From: Antedon mediterranea
Taxonomy: Eukaryota > Animalia > Echinodermata
NCBI RefSeq assembly: GCF_964355755.1
Contig: NC_092673.1
Span: forward strand, 31,307,648 to 31,371,647
DNA length: 64,000 nt
Reading direction: 5' to 3'
Translations under genes and position numbers: made by a program
Notes under the pieces: generated by a model
The model's database searches: none
What the model was told of the DNA's origin: nothing
Seen by the model: only the letters and a program-made list of their open reading frames with translations
Part shown: piece by piece, positions 37,001 to 47,300 of the stretch
Numbering within the stretch: the first letter of the stretch is position 1
How the letters are laid out: each line of letters begins with the position of its first letter

Positions 37001-38719
37001 AACTGAAAGCTGGTGAAAGTTGCCGAACATTTTAACAGATCAAAAAAGAACAAGTACGGTTTGTCTCTAAAATAAATTAATGTATGAAAACTCAAAAGTT
37101 TCTTTGTTGGTGTTCATGCTGGGAGAGGGGAAGTGGCATACTGGTTTCATGTACAAATAAAAACCATATAAAAGGCAGAACATTGAATTTTTAAAACCTG
37201 CGGTCCTATTTTGTAAAATCCTAGATCTGCCATTTGACATATTCAATTGGAGTATTTCGACAGTGACATGTTCAAACTGTAAAGCTATAGCTGTCTACAC
37301 TATTCAGACTAGACAAAAAAAAGTGTGATGTGCGCAAATATGGAAGTCATCATCATGTCCATATATGGGCCCATTTTTGATAACATAAAGTTTGATAGTG
37401 TAGACAGAGCTTTAGAAATGCCAAACTTACTTTACTGCAGGAGTGATTCCACATATTTGTCCTTTGTAGTCAGTTGGATAAACCAACTTTCTGGGGTCTC
37501 CATTTATCCAGGCTACAAAAAAGACAAACAATTAATTTCAACTTTATCATTTAAAGATGTATATTTTCCCCCTGAAAAAATAATTCTTGAACAATTTTGT
37601 TGTTGAATGTCACTACTTTGACCAAAAATTGGATCAAAAAGAAAATGTATTTACCAAAAAAACTGTAATTTAAAGGAAAAAATATTTTGTCATTTTATAA
37701 GTAAAAACATATAATTTCCCATTCCATACTCCCAAATCCATATTTGGGCATCACCAACTCTACACTTTTCATTTTGCCTATTTTTAAACAAAATTCATTT
37801 TAAGATGGAACTCACCATAACCACCAACAATAAACATTCCAATTACAAATGCGATAAAAATAACGCAACAAATGACATCAGTGCAGCCCCTGAAATGAAA
37901 GAAATATAAAATATATATTACTATGAAACACATATGTAAATTATGATATATGTAAATTAGTATACCCACCTGTTGTGAATTGGTCCATGAAAGGATGGGT
38001 CATATTTCTCAGGTTCTCCTGAAATTGAATAAAAATCTGAATTAGGAAATAATAGGAAAGAGTAAACACAGTATAAAAAGACTATAAACAGTTAATAGAA
38101 AGCACAAGAAATAAGTGATAACAATAAATTAATTGGGATTACGGACTTGGATATTACATTGATTTAATAACCAGGATATACTTAGTACATTTTACTTACT
38201 TTCAAAATAAAACTATTGTTATTTAAGTATTTTTATATAGTTTATTTTATATCATTGTTGTTACTTTGGGAGTACGGAACCTGAACTCTTGTTATAGTGA
38301 TTAGGTTCACTTTTAGGTTCCTGTCCACTCCCTTAGTTTCTGTGTTTTTGTTTGTTTGTAACTGGTTTTTGGCAATAAATAATAATAATAATATTACATT
38401 GACAATATAGGCCTAAAAATAGAACTATAACATTCTATTCTTTGCCTCGTAAAACGCTGGCAGTACTAGGCAGTATGTGTAATATATTCGTTTTGTTATG
38501 ACCTTAAACTTATAAAATGAAACCAACTGTGCATTAACAGTATATGCACAGGTACCTCCCTGATATGCAGTACGTTCCCTACTTTATTAGGTATAAGGAA
38601 ATACAAAATTAATCTTTCTTACAACAAAATAACAACCATACCATACCATAATTTTTATCAGAAACAAACTCAACTTCTGACCCTTCATCGTCACTTTCAT
38701 TGTCCTTACTTTTCCCCAT
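28005..38719 (-). CDS. SLC44A: Choline transporter-like protein (SLC44A2/4/5-type), copy A, 21 coding exons, 768 aa
   Basis: Exons 38647-38719, 37970-38018, 37816-37889, 37431-37512, 36982-37066, 36280-36435, 35805-35862, 35313-35499, 34704-34787, 34247-34359, 33890-34024, 32803-32902, 32583-32675, 32081-32192, 31565-31833, 31322-31416, 30992-31095, 30503-30576, 29516-29681, 29278-29362, 28005-28117 (2307 nt, GT-AG, phases consistent). CTL motifs: [113 protein letters not shown]. Exon 1 is the least certain. Confidence 0.93.
28252..29046. mobile_element. Non-autonomous DNA transposon (MULE-like), copy 2, in the last intron of SLC44 copy A
   Basis: Same termini and internal sequence as 24505-26335; flanked by a duplicated ATTTATCT. 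Confidence 0.85.
29838..30149 (-). mobile_element. Full-length tRNA-derived SINE with a Deu/Nin-like central domain
   Basis: On the minus strand: A box TGGCCGAGCGG, B box GGTTCGAGGCT, central GGATAAGGACTATAAACCGTAGGTCC..TTAAAGAACC..GAGTAGGGGGTTACCCCGGTGT, and an (AAAC)n tail. Confidence 0.8.
32193..32582 (-). other. U12-type (minor spliceosome) GT-AG intron, SLC44 copy A
   Basis: 5' splice site GTATCCTTT and branch-like TACCTTAAG close to the 3' AG. Confidence 0.85.
32373..32514. mobile_element. PIF/Harbinger-like MITE (AGCTCTGTCTACAC family)
   Basis: Palindromic, TTA TSD at 32370-32372 and 32515-32517; lies inside the U12 intron. Confidence 0.8.
32945..33860. repeat. Intronic minisatellite (39-bp GGCTATCAGTGAGCCAGTAACACTAGTACCACTGAACCAGT-type units and shorter variants)
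   Basis: Visible tandem units grading into higher-order variants; the source of spurious ORF 32997-33194. Confidence 0.9.
36012..36177. mobile_element. Harbinger-like MITE (AGCTTGGTTCTCACTAG..GACCAATCACAAGCG family), apparently nested in a Tc1-like MITE at about 35913-36204
   Basis: Palindromic arms around ACCAATCACAAGCGAT; a related copy lies at 52766-52943. Confidence 0.6.
36468..36790 (-). mobile_element. L2-like LINE 3' fragment
   Basis: Translates to LVIP...[29 protein letters not shown] and ends in a duplicated GCTATATAATAGTTGTTATTATTAT tail. Confidence 0.65.
37288..37411. mobile_element. PIF/Harbinger-like MITE (AGCTCTGTCTACAC family)
   Basis: Family match ending TTTGATAGTGTAGACAGAGCT|TTA. 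Confidence 0.7.
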
Positions 38720-39334
38720 TTTATAACTTTTGACAGATACACCCTGGCACTATTTAATACGTACAGCACAAAATGATGCAAATAAACACAATTACTTAAT
38801 TCTATGATTACTGTACCATGACCAACAGGATAAAATGCTTTTGTATGTTTGGTTTTGCTCTGTCAAGCACATAGTGATCAACCTTTAGTTTTTCATATCA
38901 CAATAACAATGGACTGCAAGGTTTTTAGAAATACCTCACTGATAATCCATTCTTTATATTCACTACAGGTTGCTAATTCATTCTCTAGAATTAAAACAGG
39001 CAGATAAATTCGCTATTGTAAATTACTGGCATAACTTACTATTTCTCTATGTTATAGCCCCAGTGTCATAGTTACCATGGACCTATAAATTGGTCTATGG
39101 TAATACTATTTGTACATGAAAGCAGTCAGGATTTACTGGGGTTTGGTTTTCAATAGTAATAAGCTAGGCTAAGTTAGGCCTATTTACCATCGCTTTTACT
39201 GGTACTTTATAGTTTTAAAAGAGCACCATAAAAAACGGAAGGGGAGGGATCTTGTACAACTCCCAAACCTCCACTGGAAGAGAATTTCTACTATGATTAA
39301 TTCTCTATAATGAAGCAGGCTCATTACCCTGTAA

Positions 39335-39473
39335 AGCTCTGTCCACACTATCAAACTTTATGTGACAAAAAAAGTGTGATGCACCCATATATGGACATGA
39401 TGACATCATATAATTACCATATTTGGGCACATCACACTTTTTTTGTCAAATTAGTTTGAGTGAAGACACAGCT
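39335..39473. mobile_element. PIF/Harbinger-like MITE (AGCTCTGTCTACAC family)
   Basis: TAA|AGCTCTGTCCACACTATCAAACT...GACACAGCT|TTA. Confidence 0.75.
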
Positions 39474-40009
39474 TTAGAATCAAATGTCCACAAATGAAAA
39501 TAAAACACACATATTCTTAAAGTCGAACAAAAACAAAGATGATATAATGATCATAATGTAATTTGCATTGTCTGATTTTATAATTCAATTATAAAGTAAT
39601 TACTGATTTTCAAAATCAAGATATAGTCAGGTCAAACATTTTTTTGAAGAAACTTCCTAAATTCAAAACAAATTGTAATTAATTCAAACAGATGTAATAA
39701 CAGAAGTAATAACTATAAAATCTTCTATACAATTTTTTCTTCTTATTCATCTAACAAAATAGAAAGAATTGTATTTATAACTGTATTTATCATAATAAAA
39801 ACAACTGTTTAGGAAACTATCTTACTATTATTAAACATGAAAGCACACTGCCAATCACATGATTAATATTAATTAATAATACCTTCTGCAGAACAGAATT
39901 TAACAAGTTAATAAAAACAGCATTATTAATTAATACAATTAAATATGTCCCAATGTATTGTAAATATAAAACCTATAGTGATATTGTAAAATAAAAACAT
40001 AATTATTAA

Positions 40010-40273
40010 AGATGTACTGTCCCCCATTAACAATGAAGATCATTAAAATTAGACTTTGAATAGGCCATTTTGTAGTTATAATCACCTCCATAGAAAAAAA
40101 ATGACAAAATAAACAGTTAAATTCAACAAAAAATTAATTGTTTGCTTTAAATTACAGTTGTTCAGGTAAATAATTTTTTTCTACCAATTTTTGGTTAAAG
40201 TGAACTATTATGTGACATTAAAATGGCATATTTAACACAAAAATAAAAAAAAATTCAGGGGGACAATATATCT
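40010..40273. mobile_element. Kolobok-like MITE
   Basis: TTAA|AGATGTACTGTCCCCC...GGGGGACAATATATCT|ATAA. Confidence 0.55.
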
Positions 40274-40965
40274 ATAAACATAAAGCCAATACCCAGGATT
40301 GTTACAGGAGGTGCTGTTTTGAATGAATTAACATGACTTAACTAGGTCATAGGTCATCAAAAATTCTCCCTATTGCCAAAACGTATAGCTATTGTTATCA
40401 GGTGCAATATATGGAACAAGGTGTATTATATTCGATATTCGTAAAATAAATAGTTCAATATAAATTGTTTATTATATAATATTACAAGTGAAGTACATAC
40501 GAAACAATACAAATCTTTGATTTTAAGGAAGCTATTAAAATATATATTAACATTTAATAACATTTATACTTAAAAAGTGTGCAAAAAGTATACAAATATC
40601 AAAACAGATATATATATATATATATATATATAAACAAATCAGGCACAGAACATTAATTCTAAACCGCCCGGTGATACACTGAAATTTAATTAATTAATTT
40701 GAAAATATATATATATATATATAATTTTCAGTGTATCACCAGGCGGTTTGGAATTTATTTCTATGCCTGTTGTGTTTATATATATATAAAAGTATCTCTC
40801 GAGATCCCGCTTAGTGACTAAATATACTGAATTATAAATGAGGGCGTATCAATTTGATCTCTGGTGCGCGTGCGTACAACTGAGGACTAGTTGTGTTCCA
40901 ACCGTACCACGCCAAGAATGTTAAAGGGTCGTTATCCGATCGAGTTAAAGAACAATACCATGAAA

Positions 40966-41037
40966 GCCCCAGTGGTCTAATGGTTAGGGCAACTGCATAT
41001 CAAGCAGACGGTCCGAGTTCGAGTCTCGGTTGGGGCG
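40966..41037 (+). tRNA. tRNA-like gene with anticodon ATC (Asp); probably repeat-borne or a pseudo-tRNA
   Basis: Acceptor GCCCCAG/TTGGGGC, D arm GTCT-AATGGTTA-GGGC, anticodon arm CTGC-ATATCAA-GCAG, T arm CCGAG-TTCGAGT-CTCGG, followed by a T5 terminator at 41040-41044. Confidence 0.55.
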
Positions 41038-41205
41038 ACTTTTTCTCATTCTCACAGATTTCCTCATCTTTATCGTTTCAAAAATTAATTAAATAATTTT
41101 CAGTGTATCACCGGGCAGTTTGGAATTTATTTCTATGCCTGTTGTGTTTATATATATATATTATATATATATATTATATATATGACATTATCTAAATTCC
41201 TTCAC

Positions 41206-41246
41206 TTGCACTGACGAAGGGCTAGTGTTGCCCGAAAGCTCTGCTA
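41206..41246 (+). ncRNA. Minimal (short stem III) hammerhead ribozyme motif, Penelope-like-element type
   Basis: GCA-CTGACGA-A-GGGC-TAGTGTT-GCCC-GAAAGCTC^TGC: CUGANGA and GAAA cores, a 4-bp stem II, palindromic AGCT in place of stem III, a UC cleavage site and a short stem I. Confidence 0.65.
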
Positions 41247-42290
41247 ACTTTTCTGGCTGTTTACTTTATCGTTTTGATTTAGCTTTTCGCTTTTTATTTT
41301 TGTATCTCCATTGAGATCCAGCCACTGATACCCACAGCATTGTCATTTTTTTCAGTAATTTGCCTTTGGATTTATATATATATATATATTTACAAATAGT
41401 GAATATTTGCTCAATTTCAATAAATATAAAGGTTAAACAAGAATATATTGCAAAGTAAATACTAGTTATTAAAAATAAAGAATATTAAAATAAAGACATA
41501 GCTAAGATAAACAGTATAAAAATATATTATATTTTCAACCTCAAGTTTGGAAAAATATGAACACGTCAAAAACAATTTTGTAAAAATTCAGCTAAATATA
41601 AATTGATTCACAAAAACTATAATATTCAAAAAGCAACATTAGCCAAGTCAGGTTTTAAGTTTCCCTTCAATTAAAGACCAGTTTATTTGTAAAAAAAAAG
41701 AATTATGATTGCCCTTCATGTATGAAGCACCTTGTACCAAAATATCTATTTTTTACCGATAATAATTGCCGTCTAGAATCTAGATTACCTCTTAAGTCAT
41801 TCATAAAAAAATTGGAAGGTTTTCATGTACTGGCTTGATCATGACGACGCCTTAACTCTAATTCTAACTATACAAAAAACCACTTACTTTACAACCAAGG
41901 TCCCAAAATGGTCTTTATTTTATAATAATGTGCCTATATCAACTTTTCTACAAAAGTCAAAATCAATTTTCAAAAATTTACAAATCAATTCAATTATTAT
42001 AAAGCATTGCATTGTATCAAATGTTATATTTACAACTACGGTGCAAGGTAAAATCACAAATATTTTTTTTTCTAAATTTATTTTTAATTCTACACTTAAC
42101 CCAGCACCAACCTCTAAGTACTGTACTGTTCAAAAGATTTCTCACCCACTGAACAAAATGTGTAAAGTAAACTATCTATCATCAAAATGTGAAATGTGTA
42201 CTTCAGACTAAAAATAAGTATTAGTTTGTGTTGTTCTTCAAATCCAATCAATAAAACAGATTCATGCCTATCCTACAATGTTTCTTATTA

Positions 42291-42386
42291 AGCTCCGTCT
42301 ACACTATCAAACTTTATGTGACAACAAATTTTGATATATATACATATTTGGGCACATCAAATTAGTTTGTTAGTGTAGACAGAGCT
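42291..42386. mobile_element. PIF/Harbinger-like MITE, internally deleted
   Basis: TAA|AGCTCCGTCTACACTATCAAACT...TAGTGTAGACAGAGCT|TTA. Confidence 0.7.
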
Positions 42387-42602
42387 TTAGGTACATGAAG
42401 ACATCTGACCAAACCAAAAATTGCAATTTAGTATACAATAATTACTGTATATAATTACCAAAAACTTTTTGATTTTTTCATGGATCAATTTTTTGGAGTA
42501 CAAATTCACAAATTTCTGAACATTGTTAGTTATCCTTCACCTCAAAATGATGAATTCTTTGGAATATTTCTGCACTCATAATAATTATGTAAACATAAAC
42601 TG

Positions 42603-44200
42603 AACTAGAATTTAATTCGTCACATTGACGAATTATAGGTGATAATTTTTATCATTTTAATGAAATTAACATTTTTTAAACATGCATGTACGTTAACATA
42701 TGATCGTTAAAAGTTGATGTACGCCATCCTATGACATGATGCATATACACTTATAGTGCTGAGTTCTACCTATTATGTGTCATACAATATGTACAGTATA
42801 TACTGTATATCTATATACAGTGTAGCATAGGTGAAATTACGGGACTCATATCGTGTTCTAATTTTTTGGTATGATGGAATTTTCAAAATAAACTCGAAGA
42901 TGACAATTTAGAAAGATAATGAATTGAGCAAATAAATATAAGGATTGCAAGAAAATTTGACACGTAGAAGCGCAATGCGCGGTCTTTGAAATTTGTATAA
43001 CTTTGACTAAAGAAATTTAAAAACTACTTTTTAACTTCAACTGGCCATATGATAAAATCACAACATCCGATAGGCTTAATTTTAATATGAATTCATATCT
43101 ACATTTCATCAGCTTTCATAATAAGTTATAATCTTCAAGGTCACCTTTAATTCTGAAGAGCTATAAGATATTCAAATGTATGGTGTAGCTGAAATTACAC
43201 GACCTAGGTTATTCAAGTTTTTACGCGTGATGACGTCATCAAAATAAAAATGTTGACAACTCATTAGAAGAATAATTAATTGAGCAAGCACATACTAAAA
43301 GTTGTGCGAAAATCGGGCTCAAATAACGGAGATGCGCTCTATTGAATGTGATAACCCACACAAAAAGATAAAAATTCCTAATTTTTAAATTCAAGTGGCC
43401 ATTTGATGACGTCATACCATTTTGTACGTCTAATGTGTATATACATTTGTATCTACAACTGATTGGCTTCCATAATAAGGTAAAAAAATTGGGGGTCATC
43501 TGCCATTCTGAAGAGTTATATTCATTTTAAAAAGTCCTTATTTTTTACCATTTTTAGCACTTTTGTACAATTAGTGTGCGCATTTTGTCATTTTTAACGT
43601 GCTCCTATAGCGTTATTTTAAGTCGGAATGGAATCAAAATTGGTGAATGTACTAAGGATTGTGAGTAGAATGTGATTTATACATCAAATTTTATTTTTTA
43701 CGCATTTTAAGAATCGTGCGCACAAAAACGCATTTTTGCGCAGTAATTTTTTGAAACGCGCAAATGGCCTAATTCATGCTCTAAATTGATCAAAACCTAA
43801 TTTTGCGCGTTTTAAATTTTTAACGCGCGATTTCACGTGCATGACCTTGAAACGCGCAACTTTTTATTTGTTAATATTTTTACCCTTGACCTGAAGTTTA
43901 CCTGTAGTGAATTTCATTAATATGTCATAATGAATTATGGAGATATGATTAATAATGTGATTTCACAAAATGGCGTATAAATGACGTCACGGATGAGTGA
44001 TCACGCTGGAAAGCTAATTAGGATTAAGTTATATTATTTGAAAGATATTCTGAAATTTTGGTAATCATTGACATTAAGCTTTTTGAGATAATTGTTACAC
44101 AAAATAGTGTACAGAAACAATAAAAAGAAAAAAAATAATAATAATAAAGATTTCATACAATAACAATAGGTGATCATTTTATTCTAAATGATCACCTAAT
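42603..44200 (-). mobile_element. Non-autonomous Helentron/DINE-1-like element
   Basis: On the minus strand: 5' hairpin TAGGTGATCATTT..AAATGATCACCTA, a 3' copy of the subterminal repeat ATCACCTAT, then stem-loop AATTCGTCA-ATG-TGACGAATT and CTAGTT. Confidence 0.7.
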
Positions 44201-44385
44201 TATACTGACTCTGACATAGCCTAAAACATTTATGTATTTCAGGGAACCTACACCTAAAAAGTGGTAACAAATAAAACACAACCTCAAAACTTGCATTAGT
44301 GCAGACAACCTCTGAATTTAAGGATATTTTTTGGATATATTCAGGCACTTCTGGTCATGTTTTCATCTATTTTTTTAACAAGCAT

Positions 44386-47300
44386 CTATTGTTTCGTTTT
44401 CTTTATCTTCTTGTTTTTCTTGCCTACAATTTTCATCAAGTTTTTAGACATGTAGTATGGTTTTTCAGCAGATCCATCATGTCTTTCCAAATCTTCGACT
44501 GATGATGAAAAAAAAACAAATTACTGTGATAATCATAACATAATGGCACAGCTACAATTTAAAAAGGTTATACCTTTCTGTGAACAACGTGGTCCATTTT
44601 TGAGATGTAGTGTACAGATAAAATCTAACAAAATATCAAAATTCATATAATAGTTCTTCATGAATATTTAAGTAGGTTGGTATTTGTTTAGATATGTTGC
44701 ATTGTCTGTCAGAGAAGGGACCAGATATCTTCAACCACATTTAATATCACTGTAGTACTGTATCTCTGAATATGAGGGACAAAGAAGGCAGAGTGAGTGG
44801 ACCAGCGATTAAGACAATGGAACCGTAAATACGTATCCATAACATCAGCAAAGAGTTCGAGGCTCACTCGCTCCATGGTTCTGGTGGTAGAACGAGTCTT
44901 CTCGGAAAAGGACTATAAACTGTAGGTCCAGTGTATACAACTACCTCATGTGCACTTTAAAGAATCTAATTATATATTTCGAGACGAGTAGGGGATTAAC
45001 CCTGTGTACTAGTACACACACAGCCACTGTCACTCACAGCCACTGATCATAACTGGGTCCTCTAGACAAGTCTTTGACTGAAGATGTCACCCAGTATAAT
45101 TTTTTTTTAAATATTTTAAAAAATGATATGTCGACGCACCACATACTATGGTAAGCGACTCATGTAGTACAAATTGGCATACTTACGAAAACATAAGAAC
45201 AAAGTGTCCACGGCCATATCATACACACTGAAGAATCCTTTGGCAATTACGTACGACCCAACACCAATAGTCTAAAAAAAGTAGATATGTATTTAGGAAA
45301 TAAAATTCTAAAACTAAATGTGGCTATAGCTTTAACATTTAGTTTTGTATTCTTTTATATTTGAAGAATTCAATTGTGAGATATCTCAAATGTAAATGTA
45401 TTGTTAAAATACTGTGATTGGTCGAGTATATGACTGTAACCTTTTTTAAAAATAAACTTTGAATTAATTTAGTTTATCCAGTTTAGTTTATTGATGCGTG
45501 GAGATCTATAGATTTGGACTGTACCATTTTCTTTTAAGGGGCATTCAATTGTAAGACAATATAATTTCTTTCAGTTATAAAAATATCTTACTATGATTGG
45601 CAGCCAATAATAATTGAGTTCAGGTGCGGGAACGTATTCTGCCACGACAGTGATACTGTTCGTAAAATAATAGAACGAACATACGGAGCACAGAAACACT
45701 ACAAACAATACTCCAAGAAATAAGAGGAAGTCTGTCAACTGGTTCACAACAAACACTCTAAAGAAGAAAAAAACAAAAGGCTCAATTAATTATATAAACA
45801 GATGTTTGATATAAAGGAAGGCCTAACAAAAATGATTATACACAGACAATAGTTTTATTTGATTTTGTGTAATATACAGTTACCATATTCCTTTTGATGT
45901 GTTTTCTCGGAAAACCCCAGAATACTTTATTAGGAAATAATTATGTAGTCTTACTAAAAAAACACTAATGGGCCAAATCTAAAATGACAACAATTAAATT
46001 GATTAAAAATTCTACTAAAAAACAAAGACCAAAATAGCATTTTTTAGGCCATGTGATTGAAAGCTAAACTAAACAAAATAGATTACTAACAATTTAATTT
46101 ATTCAGTTTCAGTTTACAATAGTACCTTGAGCAGTATGATTTAAAATTACATCATTTGAATTACAATGTTATAAAGGACATAATAAGCAACTATTGATTT
46201 CTTTGATAGACAAGTATGATAATGAGTATGCTAATGAGTATGATAATGAGTATGCTAATGAGTATGATGCGGATGATAATAACAGATTAATAATTTAAAT
46301 TATTCAGTTTCAGTTTACAATAATACCTTGAGCAGTATGATTACTTCATTTGAATTATAATGCTCTGATAATGATTATGCTAATGAATATGATAATGAGT
46401 ATGCTAATGAGTGTACTGAGTTTGCTATTGAGTATGCTAATGAGTATGCTAATGAGTATGCTAATAAATATGATGAGTATGCTAATGGATTAGCTAATGT
46501 GTATGCTAATGAGTATTCTGAGTATGCTAATGAGTATGCTAATGAGTATGATAATGATTATAATAATTATAACATTTTGTACATCGTACCTTAAGAAATT
46601 TCGCATCAATAGAAAAAATGCTTTCTTTGCAGATGTACAGAAATTCTTGCCGTAAACAGCAATCTGGAGAGGAGGAAAAAGATTTATGATTAACGTTTTC
46701 GAATTTGGAGAGTGTTGAGATGGTGGCAGATCCATGATTTTGAAATAGCGGTGAAATTAAGTGCTGAACTGAACTAAAAAAAACTTTAAAAAGAACATTT
46801 GTTCCCCACCCTCCCTCATTCACAGTACTGTATAAACATTTCTGAAACATATATAAAATAAAATATGATCATGTTCTGTTAAGTGCATAAACCATTATTC
46901 CTACCATAATGTAAGCGTTCTTGTTGAGGAACTTCATAAATTTCTCTAAGCACCAGAAACAACACTTCAAACACTTGATAAGATACTTCACAACATCGTT
47001 TTCCTGTCCTAAAACCAGAACAAGTAGTAGTATACACAATAAGTTTTATGATGTGTTTATATGAACAGGCACCAATGGTTTAAATACAGCTTAATGTTCC
47101 AACAAGGCAACAAAATTAAGCATCTTACCTACAGATGCAGACATGTGCAGATGCATACATATTTCAAATTTTGTTTAGGACGAAAGCTGATGGTCTTATA
47201 GTAGGTTAATTGGTTTTTGGAGGTGAGATGAATATTTTTATATATAATGTGAGTTATGTACTGAGAGCTCAGTCTCTGTACTTAAAAGTTTATCCAATAT

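Larger units (their letters stand above)
40608..41390. mobile_element. (TA)n microsatellite holding several stacked inserted modules
   Basis: Five (TA)n tracts separate four non-TA modules. A 55-bp motif TTTTCAGTGTATCACC..GTTTGGAATTTATTTCTATGCCTG occurs directly at about 40725 and 41097 and inverted at about 40630-40685. Confidence 0.7.
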
